From a bacterium (GTDB taxonomy: Bacteria > UBP15 > UBA6099 > JAJRTR01), in contig JAJRTR010000112.1 in the NCBI GenBank assembly GCA_024278215.1, positions 1 to 37,502 of the forward strand: a stretch of 37,502 nt of DNA, written 5' to 3'. The notes beneath the pieces were generated by a model. It was given only the letters and a program-made list of their open reading frames with translations. It was not told where the DNA came from and searched no databases. Positions 9,039 through 18,460 of the stretch are shown one piece after another (position 1 is the first letter of the stretch; every line of letters begins with the position of its first letter). The translations under genes were made by a program, and so were the position numbers.

Positions 9039-9216
9039 GAGCCAATTGCAAAATTATGTTCGTAGCGAGGTCGAGCGAAATTGTTCATAGCAAGGCGGAG
9101 GTGTAAAATCCTCGCAGGCGTACTTGTAGAGGACGTCGAGGACGATTTTGCACTGACAACGCAGCTATGGACAATAGCAGCAGAACGCAGCAGAATCAGA
9201 ATTTTGCAATTGCCCC
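9039..9216 (+). mobile_element. MITE-like repeat family A, full copy
   Basis: GAGCCAATTGCAAAA ... TTTTGCAATTGCCCC (right end decayed); flanks AAGA / AATA. Confidence 0.87.
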
Positions 9217-9246
9217 AATAGACTAAATTGAAAAGAGATAATTGCT

Positions 9247-10233
9247 TTGCAGGATACAGACGATAGAGCGGCAGGCACCGTAGGGGAAGACACTCTTCAC
9301 AAGCCCATAGACAGAAAGGCCCAGAGGAAATACTTTATCATTCGCGCGCTGATAAAAGGAATCGGGAAAATATCGGCGATTCTCCCCGAGCGGCTGACTT
9401 ATGCGCTGTGTGTCGGGCTGGCGATGTTCGGATACAGGACATTCCCGAAATACAGGAATCTCGCGCGGCGGCAGCTCGACATAGCGTTCGGCAGCGAGAA
9501 AACTCCGAAAGAGATCGAGACAATTCTCAAACAGACTTACGCGAACCAGGGCAGGAATATGGCCGAATTTCTTATGATACCGCACAAGGACGCCGACTGG
9601 GTCAACCGGAAAATCGTATACAACGATCCGGCCGACGTGTTGAAAACCGAGTTGGCCAGGGGCAAAGGCATCGTCGCGGTCGGTGCGCATATAGGGAACA
9701 CGGAACTTGTGTGCGCGTGGTTGGGGGTAAACAAGCTGCCCATGGTGACTGTGGTGAAGGCGCAGCGAGACGCGCTCTTTACAAAATTCGTAATGGAAAC
9801 GCGGCTGAAGTGGGGTTCCGAACTGATATTCAGGGATAAAGGCGTAAAACAAGAATGTATCCATCAACTTGAACTCAACAAAATTGTGGGGCTTGTCGCC
9901 GACCAGAACGCTGCCCGCAACGGTATTTTCGTTGACTTTTTCGGTAAAAAAGCGGCCACAGTGGGCGGTCCGGCGGAAATTGCCATGAAACACGACCTGC
10001 CTGTTGTCCCCAGCTTCATGACCACGCGAAACCCCGACAACACTCTCACTCTACATATCCTGCCGCCGATCCACATGCGCAATACCGGCGACTGGGACGC
10101 GGACCTAAAGCACAATATTCAACTTTATACGACAGCCATCGAGAATTTTATCAGGCAGTACCCCTCCGAATATCTCTGGTGGCACCAGCGCTGGAAAACC
10201 CGGCCCCCCGGGGAAGCGGCAGATGACGCATAG
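9247..10233 (+). CDS. lpxL: Lipid A late acyltransferase (LpxL/HtrB family)
   Basis: AHIGNTE, LVADQ, FVDFFGKKA, YPSEYLWWHQRWK; TTG start uncertain. Confidence 0.85.
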   Translation: MQDTDDRAAGTVGEDTLHKPIDRKAQRKYFIIRALIKGIGKISAILPERLTYALCVGLAMFGYRTFPKYRNLARRQLDIAFGSEKTPKEIETILKQTYANQGRNMAEFLMIPHKDADWVNRKIVYNDPADVLKTELARGKGIVAVGAHIGNTELVCAWLGVNKLPMVTVVKAQRDALFTKFVMETRLKWGSELIFRDKGVKQECIHQLELNKIVGLVADQNAARNGIFVDFFGKKAATVGGPAEIAMKHDLPVVPSFMTTRNPDNTLTLHILPPIHMRNTGDWDADLKHNIQLYTTAIENFIRQYPSEYLWWHQRWKTRPPGEAADDA

Positions 10234-10269
10234 CCTGTCCGCTCTCGTGGCCACAGCTTCTCCGGCAGA

Positions 10270-10300
10270 TCCCGGATTTCTTTGTAAGAAATCCGGGGTA
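10270..10300 (+). repeat. Family B solo terminal hairpin between convergent genes
   Basis: CCCGGATTTCT-TTGTA-AGAAATCCGGG matches the family B end at 24303..24328. Confidence 0.75.
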
Positions 10301-10308
10301 AGCGCCCG

Positions 10309-12426
10309 CTACCGTCCCGCGGAAATCTCTCCCAGCAGGTTTAACATCTGATCCCTGATAAACTCGCCTTCGTTGGGACCGTACAGCGCGAATGTGGCTT
10401 CGTATATGTGTTTGTGATACCATTCTTCGGGTATTATGTAGCCGATACCGTCGTTGGTGATGCCGAGTAAAAAAAGCGAATCGTAACCAGCAGCGCGTGC
10501 CCTGTCTCGCACCGGGAATCCGAGTTCGACATAAGCCTCGCCCGGATTCGATACAAAAGCTGCGTTGCCGATACGCATCGCCGACATGTTGCTCCACATA
10601 TTGTATTTCGGGTACATAAGTATTTCCTTCGATACCATTGTGAACGGCGCTTTCTTTTTCATTTCCATCTTTGCAGCGGCTTCCTTAATATAGCCTGCGA
10701 ACAACTCGCCCATTTTCGCGATCTTGTCGAAGCCGCCGCCGCAATCACCGGGGCAGCCGGGGCCCATGTTGCCCAGCGCGCCGTTGGCGAAAAGTATGAC
10801 AGCGCCCGGGTAATCGTCCGCAAGTTCCCTGCGCACAGCGCCGGGATATTCCGCTGAAAACTCCATGTTACTGCCGCCCAGGACAGTCGGGTGCGCGCCG
10901 TAGTTGTAATATATGGCGATGGTGTTGCCCTTCATGTCGTCGATTTTCATCACGCTCAGTGCCTCATCCACAGGGCCGCCTTTCTCGCGCCTGTTGGTGT
11001 TGAGTCCATCCGCCTCCACCGTCGCCGTGCCGATCTTCACGGGCACGAGCCTGCTGTCGGCCTCTACGACCGCAGCCGTGAATTTCGCGAGAATATCGTC
11101 GTAGAGTCCGGGCTGCACAGCGCCGCCGAGTATCGAAAGTTCCGGGAACATGCCGCCCGAAGAGGAGTGGCTATGTGATGCGGACAGAAATATATTGCCG
11201 CGCGTGATGCCCAGTTTTTCCTCGAGCGCGATACTCAGGTCATTGTACAGATTCCTGCGCAGATAGAAAAAGTCGGCGGCGATCATCGCGATTTTCTTAT
11301 CGCCGGCCTCGAGCACGAGCGCCTCGACCATGAGTGGGTCGTGCACACCCGTCGAGGGTTTACCCTCGCGCGCGCCGTAGCCCGCGAGCGGTGTGCCGAC
11401 GGGCGGCGTGATGTCTCTGAGCGCGGCACCCGCCATGAAGGTGACTTCTTCGGGCTCCGATTTGACGGTATACGAATGATTTTCCGGAATAAGTGTCAGG
11501 TATGGCGAAGCTTCCCAGGGCAACATGCTTTCGGTGGTTTTCGCGGCGGTAGTGAGCGCGACAATACCGATGGCACCGCCGGGCGACTCGCTCAGGGAAC
11601 TCCTGTTGACCCTGAACATCAGGCTGTGACCTTTTTTCTTGAACTTGACCTCCGAACCTTCGATGGTTTTTTTCGTTTTCAGTATCTCCGAGATTCTATA
11701 CAGGCCGGCCGGCGCGACTCCCAGGTAGCTCGAAAGCACCGGCGCGTAGGCGAGCACAGGCGTTGTGAACAGGTCTTCGGCGCCCTTCCCCGCGGCGACA
11801 TCTATGATGGGCATGAAATAGAGGTTCATGCCGTTTTTCGATGGGTCGCCCTTGCCGGGCACCGCATCGGTAGTTAGCCGGACGTACATATATTTTTCGT
11901 CGAACCCTGCCGCCAGGCTGAGGATGTCTATATCGGGAAGCACAGTCTCGTCGTCGTCATCGTCGTCCCTGACCTCGATCATCGAGCCGTCGCCCGGTGT
12001 TTCGCTTGTCACACTGCCCACCGTATCCTCGGCACGAATATAGTACTTCACTTCCGTACCCGCCGCCTGCGGGGTAATGTACGCAAAGTAATATTCCGGG
12101 TCGCCGTCGCTCTGTATCATCACGGTGTTTTCCCATTCGTCCAAGCCTGTCGAATAAAAAAGCTCGACCTTCGCTACCGGCATCGACGCTTTCATCAGAT
12201 TGCGCACAACCCTGACGCCCACCTTCACGGACTGGCCCGCCAGCGGCTGCTCCGGTATCATGTCGACGCGCTGTATTTCCGGCGTATGGCTGAACAGGAA
12301 ACCGGCATAAGGCGCGCGCGCCGACTTCTCGAATACGACCAGGTCGCCGCCGCCGCGAACATCGCCGAAAGCCGATGTCGCAAACAAAGCCGCCAGCACG
12401 GCAAACAATAAAAAATATCTTTTCAT
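10309..12426 (-). CDS. Secreted neutral/alkaline ceramidase-like protein with long N-terminal extension
   Basis: Signal peptide MKRYFLLFAVLAALFATSAFG; C-terminal half has DITPPVGTPLAGY, GVHDPL, SHSHS, AHPT, PGE, NDGIGY, YEA; GAGGTG RBS supports the start at 12426. Confidence 0.8.
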   Translation of the reverse strand: MKRYFLLFAVLAALFATSAFGDVRGGGDLVVFEKSARAPYAGFLFSHTPEIQRVDMIPEQPLAGQSVKVGVRVVRNLMKASMPVAKVELFYSTGLDEWENTVMIQSDGDPEYYFAYITPQAAGTEVKYYIRAEDTVGSVTSETPGDGSMIEVRDDDDDDETVLPDIDILSLAAGFDEKYMYVRLTTDAVPGKGDPSKNGMNLYFMPIIDVAAGKGAEDLFTTPVLAYAPVLSSYLGVAPAGLYRISEILKTKKTIEGSEVKFKKKGHSLMFRVNRSSLSESPGGAIGIVALTTAAKTTESMLPWEASPYLTLIPENHSYTVKSEPEEVTFMAGAALRDITPPVGTPLAGYGAREGKPSTGVHDPLMVEALVLEAGDKKIAMIAADFFYLRRNLYNDLSIALEEKLGITRGNIFLSASHSHSSSGGMFPELSILGGAVQPGLYDDILAKFTAAVVEADSRLVPVKIGTATVEADGLNTNRREKGGPVDEALSVMKIDDMKGNTIAIYYNYGAHPTVLGGSNMEFSAEYPGAVRRELADDYPGAVILFANGALGNMGPGCPGDCGGGFDKIAKMGELFAGYIKEAAAKMEMKKKAPFTMVSKEILMYPKYNMWSNMSAMRIGNAAFVSNPGEAYVELGFPVRDRARAAGYDSLFLLGITNDGIGYIIPEEWYHKHIYEATFALYGPNEGEFIRDQMLNLLGEISAGR

Positions 12427-12542
12427 TATGAACACCTCTCAAAAAAAACTGTTGTGTGATTATAATATTTAATCATGGAAAACAGAATCGTTTTCTTGTA
12501 CTTTTTCTTTCATTGTCTTTAAATATGCGGGGGATACAAAAT

Positions 12543-13331
12543 ATGGCAAACTTCAAAATCGCGACATTCAACGCGAACTCGATACGCGCCCGGCTGGGGA
12601 TAATCACTGACTGGCTCGGACGTGAGGCCCCCGACGTGCTTTGTGTGCAGGAAACCAAGGTGCAGGATAAGGACTTCCCGGTCGAGCCTTTCGCGCAGAT
12701 CGGCTACCACTGCGAATACTTCGGTCAGAAATCATACAACGGCGTGGCGATAATAACGAAAGAACCGCCGGCGGATGTCCGGAAAGGATTCGGCGACGGG
12801 GCGGAGACGCAGGAGCAGGCGCGGCTTATCGCGGCGACGGTCCGGGGGGTGCCTGTCGTCAACACTTATGTGCCGCAGGGTTTCGAACCCGGCTCGGAGA
12901 AATTTGCTTTCAAGCTCGAATGGTTCAAACGCCTGCGGGCGTATCTCGAAAAATACTACTCACCCGACACACCCCTGATATGGACGGGCGACATAAATGT
13001 CGCACCGGAAGACAGGGACGTGTACGACCCGGCGAAACTGCGCGGCCACTGCGGCTTCCATCCCGACGAACAGGCGGCTCTGGCAGCTCTCACCGAAGCT
13101 TTCGGTTTTGTGGATGTCTTCAGGAAATATGTCGACGAACCGGAACAATATACTTTCTGGGATTTCAGGCTCCCTCGTTCAGTGCAGAGAAAACTCGGCT
13201 GGCGCATCGACCACATATTCGCGACAAAGACGCTTGCGGCAAGATCAGCACACTGTTTCATCGACATCGAGCCGCGCAAGCTGCCGAAACCCTCGGACCA
13301 CACTTTTCTGGTCGCGCAGTTCGATGTATGA
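12543..13331 (+). CDS. xth: Exodeoxyribonuclease III
   Basis: KIATFNANSIRAR, QETK, YNGVA, GDINVAP, GWRIDH, PSDH. Confidence 0.95.
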   Translation: MANFKIATFNANSIRARLGIITDWLGREAPDVLCVQETKVQDKDFPVEPFAQIGYHCEYFGQKSYNGVAIITKEPPADVRKGFGDGAETQEQARLIAATVRGVPVVNTYVPQGFEPGSEKFAFKLEWFKRLRAYLEKYYSPDTPLIWTGDINVAPEDRDVYDPAKLRGHCGFHPDEQAALAALTEAFGFVDVFRKYVDEPEQYTFWDFRLPRSVQRKLGWRIDHIFATKTLAARSAHCFIDIEPRKLPKPSDHTFLVAQFDV

Positions 13332-13333
13332 AA

Positions 13334-13549
13334 TCACGTGCCGGGCGTGTGCCCGGTAAAATTCTGTAGCTCTTTGGAATCTTGAAGAATCGAATCCATC
13401 TCTTCGTCGAGTTCGAGCTGTTCGTCGAGTGTGAAAATGTCCTTGCACTTCGCCAGAATCTCTTCGATTTCATCTTCATAGGGCAACTCGGCCCCGAAGA
13501 TTTTCAGCGCAATATATATGACCCGCAGGTCGCTTCTATTAAAACCCAT
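13334..13549 (-). CDS. Small acidic hypothetical protein (71 aa)
   Basis: AAGGA RBS, fills the gap convergent with xth, helical composition; no family recognised. Confidence 0.6.
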   Translation of the reverse strand: MGFNRSDLRVIYIALKIFGAELPYEDEIEEILAKCKDIFTLDEQLELDEEMDSILQDSKELQNFTGHTPGT

Positions 13550-13900
13550 TACACGTCCTTTTATAAAAAATGTGTGTCTTTTACCAGTGTCGTGTCAACG
13601 ATGAAAAGACGCAAAAAGATACTCGATTACCTGAGAATCACGGATAATCGGCAAGGGATATGGTGGAAGCCGGCGCTCCCGGTTTCATGCGTTCCGAGGG
13701 TGTACCCTGGAAGCGCGTAACAATACAAAGTTGACAGGACACTAATTCAGTTTGCTTTATCTATTGTAACATGATTGAATGAAGTTTGAACAGTACTTGA
13801 AACTAAAGAAAAACGATATTTATGGAACATGCGCGCGTCCATGAAACACAGAGAGCTTGACCCCGCCATGAGGTGGAAACTAAAATGTGGCACATCATAA

Positions 13901-14079
13901 GAGCCAATTGCAAAATTATGTTCGTAGCGAGGTCGAACGAAATTATTCAGAAGCAAGGCGGAGGTGCAAAATTCCCGCAGGCGTACTCGTGGAGTACGTT
14001 GAGGATGATTTTGTGCCGACAACGCAGCTATGGACAATTGCAGCCGAACGCAGCCGAATCAGAATTTTGCAATTGGCTC
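13901..14079 (+). mobile_element. MITE-like repeat family A, full copy with perfect 15-bp terminal repeats and 4-bp target duplication ATAA
   Basis: ATAA|GAGCCAATTGCAAAA ... TTTTGCAATTGGCTC|ATAA. Confidence 0.92.
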
Positions 14080-14109
14080 ATAAGCATGTTTTAATCGAGG
14101 AGATTGCTT

Positions 14110-15741
14110 ATGAAAAAATTTATTGAGTGTGCGTTTATTGCGATAACGGCAGTGTTTTTTTTCGCTGCGCGGGCCACTGCCGACGGACCTGCGGATTGCA
14201 CAAATATAAAGACGAAAAACGGGCCGGTCACTGGTGTCGATAATCGCGGGGTGTGTGAGTACAAGGGCGTTCCGTATGCCGCGCCGCCGGTGGGCGAACT
14301 TCGTTTCCGGCTCCCGCAGCCGCCCGAGCCCTGGACGGAAACGCTTCTCGCCGACAAGTTCGGGCCGGACTGCTATCAGACTCCTATGGTTGCGCTCGGC
14401 GGCAGCAGCAATCCGATAGGCAGCGAGGACTGTCTCTACCTTAATGTGTGGGCGCACAAGCGCGCCGCGAAAGAAAAGAAACCGGTCATGATGTTCATAC
14501 ATGGCGGCGGGTTCCAGCACGGCTCCGGCGCGATGGACACCTATTACGGCGCGCGTCTCGCCGCCACAGGCGACGTAATCGTCGTTACGATAAATTACCG
14601 CCTCGGCTCCTTCGGTTTCTATATGCACCCCACGCTCACCGAACCCGACGGATCGCTCGAAGGAAACTACGGTGTCTACGACCAGATAGCCGCCCTGAAA
14701 TGGATCCGCGACAACATCGCCGCATTCGGCGGAGACCCGGACAATGTAACTATTTTCGGTGAATCGGCCGGCGGCATGAGCATCGGCCTGCTGCTGGTTT
14801 CTCCTGTCGCGGAAGGTCTCTTCCGGAAAGCTATAATAGAAAGCGGCCCGGTGTTTCTCGTCAATAAGACAATAGAAGAAACACTCCCGCTGGGCGAATC
14901 GCTCGCCCCGGACCTCGGCTGCACCGACCCCGCGACGATCGCCGAATGCCTGCGCTCCGCGCCTGCGAAAGACGTGCTCGACAAACTCACGGGCGCTCTC
15001 GTGTTCCTCGAGAATCCGGGCGCGAAGAAAAAGTTCCCTTCCGAACCGCTCATCGGCGGCAAACTCATTCCCGAAAGCCCGTTCACGATATTTCGCGAAG
15101 GCAAATACAATAAAGATGTCCCGGTAATAATCGGCAGCAATAAAGATGAATTTTCATTCTTCGCGCAAAAAGAGAAACTCGATACTACCGAAGATTTCAA
15201 TGCGAAGATTCAGCAGGATGTCGCCAAAATGAAAGATATTATCGGTGTGAATGTTATCAACGACAGCATACTGGATTTTTATAAACCTGAAGATTACGCG
15301 AGTCCGAAAAAAGCATATATCGACCTGATGGGCGACATGGCCTTCACGTGCATGACAAGGACTCTCGCAAACCTTCTTTCAGATCATGGCACACCGGTGT
15401 ATCTCTACCGTTTCGCTTACGAACCAAAGGGCATCGAGATGCTGGGCGACTGGGGCGCGTTCCATGGGTCCGAGCTGCCGTTCGTGTTCGGCAACATGAC
15501 ATTTCTCGGGATAAAATTTCCTTACGCCGAAAACAAAAAGGTATCGAAAAAAATCAGGGCTCTATGGGCGGGATTCGCACACACGGGCGTGCCGTCGACA
15601 GGCTCGTCGCCCGCATGGCCCCGCTACGACAGGCAGAAACAGGGCTACATGGACCTTGCCTCCGAGATAAAACCCGGTCAGGGGTTCAAGAAAGATCAAT
15701 GCGTCACATTCGAGAAAACACTTTTGCCGTTGTTCAAGTGA
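14110..15741 (+). CDS. Secreted type-B carboxylesterase/lipase
   Basis: Signal peptide; SEDCLYLN, HGGG, GESAG nucleophile, NKDE, FHGSEL; GAGGAG RBS. Confidence 0.93.
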   Translation: MKKFIECAFIAITAVFFFAARATADGPADCTNIKTKNGPVTGVDNRGVCEYKGVPYAAPPVGELRFRLPQPPEPWTETLLADKFGPDCYQTPMVALGGSSNPIGSEDCLYLNVWAHKRAAKEKKPVMMFIHGGGFQHGSGAMDTYYGARLAATGDVIVVTINYRLGSFGFYMHPTLTEPDGSLEGNYGVYDQIAALKWIRDNIAAFGGDPDNVTIFGESAGGMSIGLLLVSPVAEGLFRKAIIESGPVFLVNKTIEETLPLGESLAPDLGCTDPATIAECLRSAPAKDVLDKLTGALVFLENPGAKKKFPSEPLIGGKLIPESPFTIFREGKYNKDVPVIIGSNKDEFSFFAQKEKLDTTEDFNAKIQQDVAKMKDIIGVNVINDSILDFYKPEDYASPKKAYIDLMGDMAFTCMTRTLANLLSDHGTPVYLYRFAYEPKGIEMLGDWGAFHGSELPFVFGNMTFLGIKFPYAENKKVSKKIRALWAGFAHTGVPSTGSSPAWPRYDRQKQGYMDLASEIKPGQGFKKDQCVTFEKTLLPLFK

Positions 15742-15834
15742 CCACAATGGCGGCGGCAAGTGTGCCGGATGGTGGGTGTGCCGCGCGCAGACCGGTTTGT
15801 GTGTGATATTTACGGTCCGGAAATGGAGAATGAT

Positions 15835-16347
15835 ATGGACTTGAAGAAAGCGCTCGAGCGGAATCTTTCGTTCAAAACGGAATATGGGGCCGGGCCGCGC
15901 CTGCTGGGCGGACTGTTCAAACGGCGGGTGCTCCGGAGGCGGCGATACTCGATTGCAGGCAAACAGAAAGACGACACTGTGCATGAGCGCGAGTGGAAAG
16001 TCGGCCCCGTGCGTGTCGAACACCGCAGCCTGTCCCCAAAACTGGCGGACAACGACCAATATGAACTGGCGGTGACTTTTTTCAGGATATTCGCTGTGAG
16101 CAATGATAAGGATTTCTGGATCAAGCTGAGGACAGGGCCGAGCCTGGGCGCACTGGGCAGCCTGCCTTTTGTGCCACCGGCGGCGATTGCCGGCAAAGTC
16201 GCCGACCTGGACCTCACGGCCCGAACCGGCCTGAGATTCAATGTGTCCGGTTTTATCAGGGACCTGCGCGACGAGGAAGCCGACCCCGTGAAGTGTGACC
16301 CGGCATTGTGGGACGACGATGAGGACAACTGTAGGACGACAAGCTGA
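15835..16347 (+). CDS. Hypothetical protein
   Basis: GGAGA RBS before the ATG at 15835; co-oriented with neighbours; no family recognised. Confidence 0.55.
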   Translation: MDLKKALERNLSFKTEYGAGPRLLGGLFKRRVLRRRRYSIAGKQKDDTVHEREWKVGPVRVEHRSLSPKLADNDQYELAVTFFRIFAVSNDKDFWIKLRTGPSLGALGSLPFVPPAAIAGKVADLDLTARTGLRFNVSGFIRDLRDEEADPVKCDPALWDDDEDNCRTTS

Positions 16348-16420
16348 GATAGCCCCAGGAACAATGAAAAACATACTACCGGGCAGGGTTGACAATCCCT
16401 GTATATTAATTTAATGTATT

Positions 16421-16438
16421 TTGCGCAATAATTCACAA
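16421..16438. promoter_or_regulatory. Candidate Rex operator
   Basis: TTGCGCA-ATAA-TTCACAA versus consensus TTGTGAA-N4-TTCACAA; lies downstream of TTGACA (16389) and upstream of etfB. Confidence 0.5.
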
Positions 16439-16537
16439 GGCGGGGAACATGGCCTGTCACATATAGTAGCTGAAGTAACAGTTCTCCTGTACGTTCGCCG
16501 CGAAAACCGAACGAAAAAGTGCTATTAGACTGATTTC

Positions 16538-16566
16538 TTGCAAATGTCAATGACAATCAGTATATT
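16538..16566 (+). promoter_or_regulatory. Sigma-70-type promoter for etfBA with a palindrome in the spacer
   Basis: TTGCAA-N17-TATATT; spacer contains TGTCA-A-TGACA. Confidence 0.5.
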
Positions 16567-16664
16567 AATAGGATTATAAGAATGTCTTTGAATCGAGAAT
16601 CGACGATGTCGGTTCCAGCATAGTGATGTAAAACATGAAAATATAAAGAAAGGGAGGAAAAGAA

Positions 16665-17453
16665 TTGAAAACGATCGTACTTATCAAGCAGGTTCCGGAC
16701 ACGGAAACAAAAGTTAAGGTCAACCCCGGTGAGACAGATATCAACCGGGAAGGAATCAACCTTGTATTGAATCCTTATGACGAATTTGCCGCTGAAGAAG
16801 CCATCAAGATCAAAGAGGCGAAGGGTGGCGAAGTGGTAGTCTGCACGCTTGGCGAAAAGAAAGCTGAGGAAGCGATCAGGACGGCGCTGGCAATGGGCGC
16901 AGACAGGGCTATAAGGCTCGACGGCGAGGCATTCGCGGGTTCGGACAACTACGCGACGGCAAAAGCTCTTGCGAAGGCCATTGAAAAAGAAGGGGATTAC
17001 GACCTGATTCTCTGCGGAAAACAGGCGGTAGACGACGACAGCGCCCAGGTTGGAACGCTGGTGGCGGAAATGCTCGGAATTCCCAGCGCGTCGTTGGTTA
17101 TAAACTGCGAAGTCGGTGACGGCAGCGTCACAATCACGAGAGAAATTGAAGGTGGAAATCAGGAACTGGAGATAGCTATGCCCTGCCTGCTCACAGCCCA
17201 GAAGGGGCTCAACGAACCCAGGTATCCATCGCTCCCCGGCATTATGAAGGCGAAGAGGAAAAAACTTGATGTTCTTTCAGCCGGAGATCTCGGACTCGGC
17301 GCAGACGAAGCCGGCGCGGCAGGCTCGAAGACGGCCATCAAGGAACTGAGCATGCCCCCCGAACGAAAAGCCGGCCAGGTTTTCGAAGGCGAACCCGAAG
17401 AGATCGTGCCGAAAGTGGCGCAGTTGCTGCGGGAAGAAGCCAAGGTAATTTAA
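16665..17453 (+). CDS. etfB: Electron transfer flavoprotein beta subunit
   Basis: KQVPDT, NPYDEFA, GKQAVDDDSAQVG, NEPRYPSLPGIMKA; GGAGG RBS with TTG start. Confidence 0.96.
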   Translation: MKTIVLIKQVPDTETKVKVNPGETDINREGINLVLNPYDEFAAEEAIKIKEAKGGEVVVCTLGEKKAEEAIRTALAMGADRAIRLDGEAFAGSDNYATAKALAKAIEKEGDYDLILCGKQAVDDDSAQVGTLVAEMLGIPSASLVINCEVGDGSVTITREIEGGNQELEIAMPCLLTAQKGLNEPRYPSLPGIMKAKRKKLDVLSAGDLGLGADEAGAAGSKTAIKELSMPPERKAGQVFEGEPEEIVPKVAQLLREEAKVI

Positions 17454-17485
17454 AATAGAAAACACGAAAAGGAGGTTCGAGATAC

Positions 17486-18460
17486 ATGGCTAATATACTC
17501 GTAATAGCCGAAGTTAAAGAAGGAAAACTGAAAAAAGTTACGCTGGAACTCCTCAGCAAAGGTAAGGAACTGGCAGCGGCGGCAGGCGGCGCGCTCGAAG
17601 GCTGCCTCGTGGGTTCCGGAGTTGAAGCACTGGCCGCTGAAATGGGTCAGTATGGAGCATCGAAGGTTTATGTCGCCGACTCGGGCGATCTCGCCGACTA
17701 CAACGGCGAAGCTTATGCAAATGTGACGGCAAAGATCATACAGGACGCGGCACCCGGCATCGTGCTTGTCGGCGCGTCCATACAGGGCAAAGACCTTGCC
17801 CCCAGGCTGAGCGCGAAACTCGGCGCGGGACTCGCTTCCGACTGCACAAACATCAGCGTGGACGGTGGCAGCCTCGTTGTCACGCGCCCGATCTATGCAG
17901 GCAAAGCGTTCGAGACAAGGACATTCAGCAGCGACATCCAGATCGCTTCCGTGCGCCCGAATGTACTTCCCGTATCGGACCCGGATGCCGGTGCCTCGGC
18001 GGAAGTCGCCAAAGTCGACGCCGCCGCGGGTGATGTCAAGACAAAAGTTCTCAAAACCGAACTCACAGCGGGCGACAAGATCGAACTCACAGAAGCCGAC
18101 ATCATTGTTTCCGGTGGTCGCGGTATGAAAGGCCCCGAAAACTATGCGATGCTCGAAGAACTGGCTTCACTTCTGAACGCGGCAGTCGGCGCGTCACGTG
18201 CGGCGGTCGACGCCGGTTGGAGACCGCACGGCGACCAGGTCGGCCAGACGGGCAAAACCGTCAACCCGAATCTTTACATCGCATGCGGAATATCGGGCGC
18301 CATCCAGCACCTGGCGGGCATGAGTTCGTCCAAGTGCATCGTCGCCATCAACAAAGACGCGGAAGCCCCCATCTTCAAGGTTGCGGATTACGGCATCGTG
18401 GGCGATCTGTTCAAATGTGTACCGATACTCACGGAAGAAGTAAAAAAACTGAAAGCGTAA
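17486..18460 (+). CDS. etfA: Electron transfer flavoprotein alpha subunit
   Basis: [36 protein letters not shown]. Confidence 0.97.
   Translation: MANILVIAEVKEGKLKKVTLELLSKGKELAAAAGGALEGCLVGSGVEALAAEMGQYGASKVYVADSGDLADYNGEAYANVTAKIIQDAAPGIVLVGASIQGKDLAPRLSAKLGAGLASDCTNISVDGGSLVVTRPIYAGKAFETRTFSSDIQIASVRPNVLPVSDPDAGASAEVAKVDAAAGDVKTKVLKTELTAGDKIELTEADIIVSGGRGMKGPENYAMLEELASLLNAAVGASRAAVDAGWRPHGDQVGQTGKTVNPNLYIACGISGAIQHLAGMSSSKCIVAINKDAEAPIFKVADYGIVGDLFKCVPILTEEVKKLKA

Noticed and set aside
15562-16556. Minus-strand ORFs of 277 and 248 aa
   Set aside because: They overlap the esterase end and the + strand ORF that has an RBS; composition resembles antisense shadow ORFs
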